Assembly (NCBI GenBank): GCA_038231275.1
Contig: JBBRLQ010000010.1
Coordinates: 32,001-96,000, forward strand
DNA from: Polyangiales bacterium
GTDB lineage: Bacteria; Myxococcota_A; Polyangia; Polyangiales; Polyangiaceae
Length of the DNA stretch: 64,000 nt
Direction of reading: 5' to 3'
Positions 28,680-37,482 of the stretch are shown in pieces. Below the pieces are notes generated by a model. That model saw only the letters and a list, made by a program, of their open reading frames with translations. It had not been told where the DNA came from and did not search any database. Position 1 is the stretch's first letter; the number at the start of each line of letters is the position of its first letter. Made by a program: the position numbers and the translations under genes.

Positions 28680-29477
28680 TCACTTCATGCGCGCGGCGAC
28701 GATGCCGACGAGCGAGCGGTACGACGCCGGGGCTGCGCGCTTGAGGCGCCAGAACCATCGGCCATCGGCCATCGGGACGCAGTAGAGCTCGTTCTTCTCG
28801 CACGAGCGGATCGACTTCGCGGCGATCTCCTCGGCGGTCTTGCCGCGGTCGACGAGCTTTTGACCCATCGCGCGCTCCTTCTCGTTGGGGAAGCGGCCGC
28901 CCTTGACGATGTTCGTCTTGAAGAACGTCGGGCAGAGGACGGTGACGCCGATCTTGGTGCCGCTCACCTCGGCGGCGAGCGTCTCGGAGAGCGCGATGAC
29001 GCCGGCCTTCGCGACGTTGTACGCGCCCATGCCCGGCGCGGTGAGCAGGCCCGCCGCCGACGCGACGTTGAGCACGTGGCCGTGGCCTTGGCGGCGCAGG
29101 CGCGGGACGAAGGCGTGGCACCCGTGGATGACGCCGTACAGATCGATGTCGAGCGTCCAGCGCCAGTCCTCGATGGGCGCCTCGCCGATGTTGCCGCCGC
29201 TGCTGACGCCGGCGTTGTTGACGATCAAATCGACGTCGCCCTCGCACGCGGCCTCCAGCGCTTGGACGTCCTCGAGCTTGGAGACGTCGCATCGCACGCA
29301 CTTGGCCGACGCGGCGCCGGCAGCGAGGGCGAGCTGCGCGGTCTCGGCGCACCCCTTCTCGTCGACGTCGGACAGCACGAGCGGCGACTTGCGCGCGGCG
29401 AGGTGGAGGGCGAGCGCGCGGCCGAAGCCGCTGCCCGCGCCGGTGATGACGGTGCGAGGTGCGTGAGGGAGCGCCAT
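28680..29477 (-). CDS. SDR family oxidoreductase
   Basis: TGAGSGFG, NNAG, NVASAAG and YNVAK motifs. Confidence 0.93.
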   Translation of the reverse strand: MALPHAPRTVITGAGSGFGRALALHLAARKSPLVLSDVDEKGCAETAQLALAAGAASAKCVRCDVSKLEDVQALEAACEGDVDLIVNNAGVSSGGNIGEAPIEDWRWTLDIDLYGVIHGCHAFVPRLRRQGHGHVLNVASAAGLLTAPGMGAYNVAKAGVIALSETLAAEVSGTKIGVTVLCPTFFKTNIVKGGRFPNEKERAMGQKLVDRGKTAEEIAAKSIRSCEKNELYCVPMADGRWFWRLKRAAPASYRSLVGIVAARMK

Positions 29478-29495
29478 GGGTGCGTCCTAGGTTGT

Positions 29496-29514
29496 TATTG
29501 AACGTAAGTCAATA
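29496..29514. promoter_or_regulatory. putative TetR operator 3
   Basis: TATTGA-ACGTAAG-TCAATA between the divergent SDR and TetR genes. Confidence 0.75.
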
Positions 29515-29532
29515 GTGGGCTAGGCTCGAAGC

Positions 29533-30201
29533 GTGGTGGTTGCGCAGAAGCGGCCGGCGGCGCGGAAGGCGCGGACGCGGCTCGAGGTGGACGAGCGCAA
29601 GGGGCAGCTCCTCGCGATGGGGATCCGCGTCTTCAGCGAACGTTCGTACGACGAGGTCTCCGTCGACGATCTCGCGCGCGCGGCGGGCATCTCGAAGGGC
29701 CTCCTCTACCACTACTTCCCGACGAAGCGCGATTTCTACATCGCGGCATTGAAGCAGGCGGCCAGCGATCTCGTCGCGCGGACGGAGACTCCCGAGGCGG
29801 CGTCACCAGAGGAGAGCGTCGTCCTCGGCCTCCACACGTATTTCGATTTCGTGGAGGAGCACGGTGGCGCGTACCTGGCGCTCGTTCGCGGCGGGCTCGG
29901 GACGGATCCCGAGGTGTACGGAATTCTCGAGGGGACGCGCGCCACGTTCGTCGAGCGCATCGTGGAGGAGCTCCCCGCGCCTGCGCGGCCTGCGTCGCCG
30001 GTGCTGCGCGCGCTCTTGCGTGGGTGGCTCGGCTTCGTCGAGGCGACGGTCACCGAGTGGCTGCTTCGTCGCGACGTGACGCGCGAGCAGCTGGTGCCGC
30101 TCATGACGGCGGTGCTCGGCCAATGCGTGGCGATGGGAGCGGCCGCGATCCCGCCGCCTCACGCGCGCGGCAAGCGCCGAGCAGCGCCCGTCAGCCGGTG
30201 A
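29533..30201 (+). CDS. TetR/AcrR family transcriptional regulator
   Basis: HTH SVDDLARAAGISKGLLYHYFPTKRDF. Confidence 0.95.
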   Translation: MVVAQKRPAARKARTRLEVDERKGQLLAMGIRVFSERSYDEVSVDDLARAAGISKGLLYHYFPTKRDFYIAALKQAASDLVARTETPEAASPEESVVLGLHTYFDFVEEHGGAYLALVRGGLGTDPEVYGILEGTRATFVERIVEELPAPARPASPVLRALLRGWLGFVEATVTEWLLRRDVTREQLVPLMTAVLGQCVAMGAAAIPPPHARGKRRAAPVSR

Positions 30202-31021
30202 GGATGCCCGCGCTCGTCAGGCCGTTCGACCCCACGTCGTAGAGTCGGATTCGCGGATGGCCCTCGCGATCTTCGACGGTCGCGGGCGCGCCGAAGACGC
30301 GGTTCTTGCCGATCCCTCCGACGAGGCGATCGAGCGCGCGGTGCATGTGCCCGTGGAGGAGCTGCACGTGCGGGCTCTTCGCGAGCACGTCGACGAGGCG
30401 CGTCGCGCCGCGGAGGCCGTCGATGAACTGCCAAAGCCGGCGCGCGTGCGAGAACGGTGGGTGGTGCGTGACGACGACGAGCGGCACGTCGCGGAACGCC
30501 GGATCATGGATGCGATCGCCGAGCGCGCGGGCGGTGTCGGCGTGAAGCTCGCCGCCGGAGAGGGCGACGTTTTGGAAGCGCGATGTGTCGACCGGCAGCA
30601 CGACGAAGCCGCGACGCTCGACGACCTGGCCCGCGCGCGCCGCGCTCGACGACGCGTACGCGCGGAGCGGGCCTTCGAGCGCGCGCGTCCAGGCGTCTCC
30701 CGTGGTGTACGCGTCGTGATTGCCCGGGACGAGCGTCACGCTCTCGGGCGCGATGCCCGAGGAGTCGAGCACCTCTGCAAACGCCTCGAACTGCGCGTCG
30801 GTGCCCATCTCGGTCAGATCTCCCGAGACGACGACGTGCTCGGCGGCCGACGCCTTAGCGAGGGCCAGCGCGCGTTCGAGCTTGCGAAGGCGCGCGTCCG
30901 CGTCGAGCGGCCTGTGGATGCTGACGAACTTCAGACCCCAGCCGTAGGCGTCCCGCGACCGTTCCAACGTATGGACGTCCGAGAGGTGCGCGATGCGCGA
31001 GACATGAGCCGACGCCGACAT
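30191..31021 (-). CDS. metallophosphoesterase (CpdA/Icc-like)
   Basis: HLSDVH, SGDLT, PGNHD, THHPP and LHGHMH motifs. Confidence 0.9.
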   Translation of the reverse strand: MSASAHVSRIAHLSDVHTLERSRDAYGWGLKFVSIHRPLDADARLRKLERALALAKASAAEHVVVSGDLTEMGTDAQFEAFAEVLDSSGIAPESVTLVPGNHDAYTTGDAWTRALEGPLRAYASSSAARAGQVVERRGFVVLPVDTSRFQNVALSGGELHADTARALGDRIHDPAFRDVPLVVVTHHPPFSHARRLWQFIDGLRGATRLVDVLAKSPHVQLLHGHMHRALDRLVGGIGKNRVFGAPATVEDREGHPRIRLYDVGSNGLTSAGILTG

Positions 31022-31101
31022 TGACTGCTCCGCAAGCTAAGATGCCGAATCATGGAAGCATGATGCACGCGCGCGCGTGATTCCACGATCTGGCTTGAAA
31101 A

Positions 31102-31923
31102 TCAGCGCGGGGGAGGGACGCTCCGCAGCGCGCCGATGAGCGCGTCATGGATTTTCCCATTGGTGGCCACGAGGTTGGCGAGCTGGTGCGCTTGGAGGAG
31201 ATCTGGCGACATCCCGTCGAGGCTCGAGATGCGGCCGCCGGCGCCGAGGACGATCGCGGCGCCCGCGGCGAGATCCCACGGGCGCAGCTTTCGCTCCCAA
31301 TAGCCGTCGTAGGTGCCGTCGGCGACGAAGCAGAGATCGATCGCGGCCGATCCGCAGCGACGCACGGCTTGAGCTTGCCTTTTGATGGCGACGAACGCGT
31401 CGAAGTTGTTGTCGGCGCTGGTCTTGCGGTCGTACGGGAAACCGGTGCCGAGCATCGCGGCGTCGAAACGATCCGTACGGCTGACCTCGCATGGCGCGCC
31501 GTTGCGCGTTGCGCCGCCCGACGCGGAGCCGGTCCAGGTGAGATCGAGCGCGGGCGCATAGACGACGCCGAGGTGCGGTGCGCCGCCGACGGTGAGCCCA
31601 ATCGAGACACAATAGAAAGGGTGGCCGTGGACGAAGTTCGTCGTGCCGTCGAGCGGATCGACGTACCACGTGGGATCATTGGGATCGGGCGCGCTCTCGC
31701 CGCCAGCCTCTTCGCCGACGCACGCGAAGCCGGTCTCACGAACGAGGCGCTCGCGCAGGTACTCCTCGCTCGCGCGATCGTACTCGGTGACCAGATCGAC
31801 GACGCCCTTGTGCTCCGCGACGGGGCGATGGCGAAAGCCGGGGGCCAAGATCGTGGCGGCCTGTCGCGCGGCGTCCGTCGCGAGGAGGAGGAGCGCGGGC
31901 TCGTGCTTCTGCGCGACGCTCAC
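31102..31923 (-). CDS. suhB: inositol monophosphatase family protein
   Basis: DLVTEYD, GEE, WYVDPLDGTTNFVHG, RRCGSAAIDL and WDLAAG motifs; GTG start overlaps the mpl stop. Confidence 0.9.
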   Translation of the reverse strand: MSVAQKHEPALLLLATDAARQAATILAPGFRHRPVAEHKGVVDLVTEYDRASEEYLRERLVRETGFACVGEEAGGESAPDPNDPTWYVDPLDGTTNFVHGHPFYCVSIGLTVGGAPHLGVVYAPALDLTWTGSASGGATRNGAPCEVSRTDRFDAAMLGTGFPYDRKTSADNNFDAFVAIKRQAQAVRRCGSAAIDLCFVADGTYDGYWERKLRPWDLAAGAAIVLGAGGRISSLDGMSPDLLQAHQLANLVATNGKIHDALIGALRSVPPPR

Positions 31924-33356
31924 GCCAGCCTCGCGAGGAGCCTCGGGTAGATTCCGCCGAACGCGCCGTTCGAGAGGACCGCGATCGTGTCGCCCGGCTG
32001 CGCGCCGGCGCCGAGGCGCTCGACGATCGCGTCCACTCCGTCGGTCGTCTCGGCCTTCGCGCCGAGCTCGCGCGCGAGCTTGACGAGGTCGAGGCGCTCC
32101 GACTCCGGGACGTTCGCGCGGCCGAGCGGCGCGAAGAGGACGTGATCGGCGGCGTCGAACGCGTGGACGTACGCGTCCTGATGCAGATTCCGCACGGCCG
32201 TCGCGCTGCGCGGCTCGAACACCGCCCACAACGCGCCCTCAGGGTGGCGCGATCGGAGGGCGCGAAGCGTCTCGTCGACCGCGGTCGGGTGGTGCGCGAA
32301 ATCGTCGTAGACATGGATGCCGCGCGGCGTGCCAATGAGATCCTGCCGGCGACGAACGCCCTGGAAATTCGCGAGCGCCGTACGCGCGGTGGTCATCGGG
32401 ACGCCGAACCCCTCGGCGCACGCGGCGATCGCAGCGACGGCGTTCCGGACGTTGTGGGCTCCGGGCACAGGCAACGCGAAGCGCCCGCACGACGTGCCAC
32501 CGACGAAAAGATCGAAGAGCTGCCGCCCGTCCTCCACGATCGAGAGCGCGGCGAGCCACGTCGGGGTCACGTCGCCGGTCTCGTCGCCGTCGAGCGCGTA
32601 GAACGACGTCCGCGCGAGCGAGCTCTCCTTCACGACGTGACGAGCCCGCGCGTCGTGCGCGTCGCACACCACGAGCCCGCCTTCGGGGACCGCCTTCAAG
32701 AAGCGGTGGAACGCGTCCTCGTACGACGCGACGCTGGGGTAGATGTCGATGTGGTCGTACTCGCAGCTCGTCACGATCGCGACGTCGTCCGTGCCGACGC
32801 CGATGTAATCGAGGAACTTGGGCTGCTTGTGCCAGTAGACGGCGTCGTACTCGTCCCCTTCGACCACGAATGGCGCGCGAACCGCCTTCGCGGAGAGGCT
32901 CGCCTTCGCGCGGCCGATCGCGGCGCCGGAGGGCAGGTTCTTGGGGATGCCGCCGATGAACCACCCCGGCTCGAGGCTCGCGCAGTCGAGGATCCACGCC
33001 GCCATCGTGCTCGTCGTCGTCTTGCCGTGCGTGCCCGCCACGACGAGCGGGCGACGCTTCTCGAGGAAGTGCTCGCGCAGCGCGGCCGACATGCTCGTGC
33101 GCGCGAGGCCACGCTCTTCTGCGGCGCGCGCCTCGGGGTTGTCTTTGCGGATCGCGTTGCCGACGACGATGAGATCGCCGTCCACGTGCGAAGCGTCGTA
33201 GCCGACGAGGCACCGCACGCCCGCGTCCTTCAGCGCCGGGCCCATCGGAGGATCGAACGCCTGATCGGAGCCCGAGACCTCGTGCCCGGCGTCCCGGAAG
33301 AGCATCGCGAGCGAGCCCATCCCGGTGCCGCAGATGCCGACGAGGTGGACCTTCAT
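31920..33356 (-). CDS. mpl: UDP-MurNAc:L-Ala-gamma-D-Glu-meso-DAP ligase (murein peptide ligase)
   Basis: HLVGICGTGMGSLA, AGTHGKTTTS, EGDEYD, YDDFAHHPTA, FEPRS and LSNGAFGG motifs. Confidence 0.88.
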   Translation of the reverse strand: MKVHLVGICGTGMGSLAMLFRDAGHEVSGSDQAFDPPMGPALKDAGVRCLVGYDASHVDGDLIVVGNAIRKDNPEARAAEERGLARTSMSAALREHFLEKRRPLVVAGTHGKTTTSTMAAWILDCASLEPGWFIGGIPKNLPSGAAIGRAKASLSAKAVRAPFVVEGDEYDAVYWHKQPKFLDYIGVGTDDVAIVTSCEYDHIDIYPSVASYEDAFHRFLKAVPEGGLVVCDAHDARARHVVKESSLARTSFYALDGDETGDVTPTWLAALSIVEDGRQLFDLFVGGTSCGRFALPVPGAHNVRNAVAAIAACAEGFGVPMTTARTALANFQGVRRRQDLIGTPRGIHVYDDFAHHPTAVDETLRALRSRHPEGALWAVFEPRSATAVRNLHQDAYVHAFDAADHVLFAPLGRANVPESERLDLVKLARELGAKAETTDGVDAIVERLGAGAQPGDTIAVLSNGAFGGIYPRLLARLA

Positions 33357-35944
33357 GCCTTCTCGAACGTGAATTCCTCGCCCTTCACGTCGACCTTCAC
33401 GACGCTGCCGGGGCCGTAGCCGCCGGCGAGGATCTCCTCGGCGAGCGGGTCCTGGAGCTTCTTCAAGATCGCGCGCTTGAGCGGCCGCGCGCCGAACGCG
33501 GGCTCGTAGCCCTGATCGACGAGCTGCATCTTCGCGGCGTCGGTGAGCAGCAGCTTGAGCTCGCGTCCTTCGAGCATCTTCTCGAGGCGCCTTAGCTGGA
33601 TGTCCACGATTCCCCGCAGATCTACCTTCGACAGCGGGCGGAAGATGATGATGTCGTCGATGCGGTTCAAGAACTCGGGGCGCAAGAAGTTCTTCAGCTC
33701 TTCACGCAGGACGTCGCGGAGCGCGTCGCGTCCTTCCTCCGACTCGAAGAGCTTCGCGTCGGTGTCGAGGATGCGCTTGCTGCCGATGTTGCTCGTCATG
33801 ATGACGACGGTGTTCGAAAAATCGGCGGTGCGGCCGCGGCCGTCGGTGAGGCGGCCGTCGTCCAAGACTTGCAAGAGCAGGTTGAAGACGTCCGTGTGCG
33901 CCTTCTCCACTTCGTCGAACAAGAGCACGCTGTAGGGCTTGCGACGCACGGCCTCGGTGAGAAATCCGCCTTGCTCGCTGTCGACGTACCCGGGAGGCGC
34001 GCCGACGAGGCGCTGCGCCATGTGCTTCTCCATGAACTCGCTCATGTCGAGGCGGGTCATGGATTGCTCGTCGTCGAAGAGGAACTCGGCGAGCGCCTTC
34101 GCGAGCTCGGTCTTGCCGACGCCGCTCGGGCCCAAGTAGAGAAAGCTTCCGATCGGCTTGCCCGGATCGCGAAGGCCCACGCGGCCGCGTCGCACCGCGC
34201 GTGAGACGGCGCGCACGGCCTCGGCCTGGCCGACGATGCGCTTGCTCAGGCGCTCTTCCATCTTGAGGAGCTTGTCGCTCTCGGCCTCGAGCATCTTGGT
34301 GATGGGGATGCCGGTCCAGTCGCCGAGCACGACGGCCACGTCCTCGTCGCTCACGATGTCGTTGCCGGTGGTGCTCGAGCCGTCCTTCTGGACCGCGGCC
34401 TCGGCGGCGTCGAGTCGGCGCTTCACGTCGGGGAGGGTCACGTGCTCGACCTCGCCCAGCTTGGCAAAGTCGTGCGACTTTCGCGCCTCGTCGAGTTGCG
34501 CCGTGAGCTTCTGGTGCTCCTCGCGCAGCGTCGCCACCGCGGCCTGCGCGCCTCTTCGCGAGTCGTGCTTCGCGCGCATCTCGGCGACGTTCGGCTCGAG
34601 CTGCGCGATCTCCTTCTCGATGCGCACCTTCGTCTTGACGCTCATCGCGTCGGCGTCGTTGGCCACCGCGGCGAGCTGCGCCTTCAGCGACGCGAGGCGC
34701 CGGATCGCGTCGTCGACCGCGGCCGGCACGCCGTCCATTTCGACGCGCTTGCGCGCCGCCGCTTCGTCGAGCAGATCGATCGCCGAGTCGGGGAGCGCGC
34801 GGTCCTGGACGTAGCGCTTGGCGAGGCGCACGGCCGCGACGACCGCTGGATCACCTATTTTTACCCGGTGCTGGGCCTCGTACTGCGTGGCGACGCCGCG
34901 CAAAATCTCGACCGCCTCGTCGACGGTGGCCGGCTCGATCGTGAGGATCGTGAACTGGCGGAGGAGCCCGGGATCGCGCTCGTTCAGCTTGCGGAGGCCG
35001 TCGGGCGTCGTCGTCGCGAGGAGGCGCACCTCGCCGCGCGCGAGCATCGGCTTCAGGAGCTCGCCCACGCCGCTGCCCGCCGCGCCCTGGCCGTAGAGCG
35101 ACTCGATGCCGCTGATGTAGAGGACCGCGTCGCCGCCTTTGTACGCGGTGACGACCTGCTTTACGCGCTCTTCGATCTCGCCGCGCAACTTGGCGCCGGC
35201 GATGAGCTGTCCGGTCTCGAGCTCGACGAAGTTGAGGCGCGAGAGGTTGTGCGGGACGTCACCGGCGGCGATGCGCATCGCGAGCGCGCCGACGATCGCG
35301 CCCTTGCCGACGCCGGGCTCGCCGACGAGGAGCGGGTGGTTCTTCTGGCGTCGCTCGAGGATTTGCAGGAGGCGGCGCACCTGCACGTCGCGGCCGATGA
35401 CGGGATCGAACCCGCCGCGGCGCGCGCGCTCGACGAGATCTTGCGTGTAGCGTGAGGCCACTTCACTGGCGCTCGTCGTCGTCGCGCCGTTCGCGTCGCG
35501 CGGCACGCTCTTCAGCGCGGCCATGTGCGGCCGGAACGAGCCGGGCCCGAGCGCGAACGCCTGGAGCACGACGGCGGCGGGGCCACGCAGCTCCTGCGAG
35601 AGTGCGTTCAAAAGGTGCTCGATGCCGACCGTCGATTTGTCCGCTTCTTTCTCGGCGCGGCCGAGCAGCGCGAGCATCCCGTTCGACAGGTACGCGAGAC
35701 CTCCGCTCGTCTTCGGCATGCGCCCGAGCTGCGTCTCGGACTCGGTCGCGACGTCCGAAGGCTCGGCGCCCGCCTTTCGAAATACCTCGGCCACGCCGCG
35801 ATCGCGATCGACCGCGCGCGCGAGGAGGTGGATGGGCTCGACCTGCGCGTGCTTGCGCTCGTCTGCCAGGGTCTGCGCCCCCGCGACCAGGGCTTTTGCC
35901 TCCGGCGCGTACCGCTCGAGGTGAATCGTCTGCTCCGCCGCCAT
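33353..35944 (-). CDS. clpB: ClpB-like AAA+ chaperone with degenerate NBD1
   Basis: Clp-N domain, DPVIGR, LPDSAIDLLDEA and coiled-coil M domain. NBD2 is intact (GPSGVGKT, RLDMSEFME, LFDEVEK, RPEFLNRID, GARPLKR). Confidence 0.85.
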   Translation of the reverse strand: MAAEQTIHLERYAPEAKALVAGAQTLADERKHAQVEPIHLLARAVDRDRGVAEVFRKAGAEPSDVATESETQLGRMPKTSGGLAYLSNGMLALLGRAEKEADKSTVGIEHLLNALSQELRGPAAVVLQAFALGPGSFRPHMAALKSVPRDANGATTTSASEVASRYTQDLVERARRGGFDPVIGRDVQVRRLLQILERRQKNHPLLVGEPGVGKGAIVGALAMRIAAGDVPHNLSRLNFVELETGQLIAGAKLRGEIEERVKQVVTAYKGGDAVLYISGIESLYGQGAAGSGVGELLKPMLARGEVRLLATTTPDGLRKLNERDPGLLRQFTILTIEPATVDEAVEILRGVATQYEAQHRVKIGDPAVVAAVRLAKRYVQDRALPDSAIDLLDEAAARKRVEMDGVPAAVDDAIRRLASLKAQLAAVANDADAMSVKTKVRIEKEIAQLEPNVAEMRAKHDSRRGAQAAVATLREEHQKLTAQLDEARKSHDFAKLGEVEHVTLPDVKRRLDAAEAAVQKDGSSTTGNDIVSDEDVAVVLGDWTGIPITKMLEAESDKLLKMEERLSKRIVGQAEAVRAVSRAVRRGRVGLRDPGKPIGSFLYLGPSGVGKTELAKALAEFLFDDEQSMTRLDMSEFMEKHMAQRLVGAPPGYVDSEQGGFLTEAVRRKPYSVLLFDEVEKAHTDVFNLLLQVLDDGRLTDGRGRTADFSNTVVIMTSNIGSKRILDTDAKLFESEEGRDALRDVLREELKNFLRPEFLNRIDDIIIFRPLSKVDLRGIVDIQLRRLEKMLEGRELKLLLTDAAKMQLVDQGYEPAFGARPLKRAILKKLQDPLAEEILAGGYGPGSVVKVDVKGEEFTFEKA

Positions 35945-35981
35945 GCAGCGGTGAGGCTACCACGCACCGCCGCGCGACGCG

Positions 35982-36983
35982 TCAGACGGCGTCGCGCCCG
36001 CCGCCTCCGAGCTTGGGGCCCACGAGCTGGACCACGGACTCCTCGAGCCGCCCCGAAATGCCCCGCAGGCTTGGCTCGCGCGTCTCGTCGTCGAGCGCTT
36101 TTCGCGCCGCGTCCTCGAACGTAGCCATCGGGACGTGACCGATGAGGCTCCAGTAACGGTCGTCGACAGGCATGAGATCCCCCGTGAACCCCAGGACGAG
36201 CTCGCGCGCGAGCGTGAAATCGGTGCGCGTGATGAGCTTGAGCCACCACGACGAGAGCGAGACGCTCAAGAAGGGCACTTGGAGGCTCGGCACCCGCCTG
36301 CCGCGGATCGCGGCGATGCGCCGGAGAATGTCGCGACCCGTCAGCGTCTCCACGCCCGGGATGTCGTACCAAGCGCTGGTAGGGAGCGGGAGATCGAGGG
36401 CTCGCACGAGCCCCACGATCACGTCGTCGAGCGCGACGGGCCGGGTGCGCGCCTTGGTCCACGCCGGCAGGAGCATGGCGGGAAGACGCAGCGCGAGGTC
36501 GCGCACGATTTGCCAGGACGCACCGCCACACCCGACGATCATCGAAGCGCGAAGCTCGAGGGTCGGTACGGCGCCGTCTCGAAGGGCGTTCCCTACGTGG
36601 AGCCTGCTCTGGAGGTGCTCGGAGGCTTTGCCCTCCGGCGCCACGCCGCCGAGGTATACGATGCGCGAGAGCCCCGCGCGCGCGGCGCCGTCGCGGAACC
36701 GAAGCGCTGCGCTTCGCTCTTTCTCCGCGTAGTCCGGCCGTCCGCTCCCCATGCCGTGCACGAGGAAAAAGGCCGCGTCGACGCCGTCCATCGCGCGCTC
36801 CACATCGGCGTCGGCGTCGACGTCGCAGCGGAGCCACTCGACGCCGGCCGAGCTCGGCGGGGGAGGAGAGGCGCGTGTGACGGCGCGGACCGCATATCCC
36901 GCCTCGGCCAGCGCGGGGACGAGCGCGCGTCCGACGAAGCCGGTGGCCCCCGTGACGAGAACGCGCGCGATGGACCTGGTCAT
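35982..36983 (-). CDS. NAD(P)H-binding atypical SDR (YbjT-like)
   Basis: VLVTGATGFVG, FLVHGM, RIVYLGG..SEHLQSR and LRASMIVG motifs; alternative start at 36995. Confidence 0.85.
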   Translation of the reverse strand: MTRSIARVLVTGATGFVGRALVPALAEAGYAVRAVTRASPPPPSSAGVEWLRCDVDADADVERAMDGVDAAFFLVHGMGSGRPDYAEKERSAALRFRDGAARAGLSRIVYLGGVAPEGKASEHLQSRLHVGNALRDGAVPTLELRASMIVGCGGASWQIVRDLALRLPAMLLPAWTKARTRPVALDDVIVGLVRALDLPLPTSAWYDIPGVETLTGRDILRRIAAIRGRRVPSLQVPFLSVSLSSWWLKLITRTDFTLARELVLGFTGDLMPVDDRYWSLIGHVPMATFEDAARKALDDETREPSLRGISGRLEESVVQLVGPKLGGGGRDAV

Positions 36984-37020
36984 GCTCTGAACCATCGCAC
37001 GTTCCGTGCCTCTGCGAGCG

Positions 37021-37479
37021 CTACAGCACCTTCTCGTACTCGTTGTCTTCCCATTCGTTGTCGAGCTCGCGCACGAGAACGAAGCCGCTGCGCTCGTAGA
37101 GCCGTCGCGCCCGCGTGAAGCGGCGCGACGAATCGAGCCAGATCTTCGCGTATCCGCACCTACGAGCGAACGCCTCGGCATGCTCGAACAGCGCCCCTCC
37201 CACGCCGGTGCCGCGCGCGGCCGGCAGGACGTAGAGCCGCTTCAGCTCACCCGTGCCCGCCTCTTTTGGGCGAAGCCCGACGGTGCCGACGACCACCCCG
37301 TCGACCACGGCGATCCAAAACCCGGCGCCTTCTCCCTCGTAGCGCTCGCGGATTGTCTCGAGGTCGCGCCGCAGCCCTCCGACGTCGAACGCAAATCCGT
37401 ACTCGCCGAGCACGGTCTCGACGATCGCGAGCACCGCAGGAAGATCGCGATCCTCGTAGTCGCGGATCTGCACCGGCAT
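37021..37479 (-). CDS. GNAT family N-acetyltransferase
   Basis: ELKRLYVLPAARGTGVG and ARRLYERSGF motifs. Confidence 0.92.
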   Translation of the reverse strand: MPVQIRDYEDRDLPAVLAIVETVLGEYGFAFDVGGLRRDLETIRERYEGEGAGFWIAVVDGVVVGTVGLRPKEAGTGELKRLYVLPAARGTGVGGALFEHAEAFARRCGYAKIWLDSSRRFTRARRLYERSGFVLVRELDNEWEDNEYEKVL

Positions 37480-37482
37480 CTT

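Noticed and set aside
33353..35944. ClpV/TssH of a type VI secretion system
   Set aside because: No T6SS genes in the window, and it has a ClpB-like long M domain.
36996..37011. Weak sigma54-like motif AGGCAC-GGAAC-GTGCG on the minus strand
   Set aside because: Several mismatches to consensus in GC-rich DNA; could be chance.
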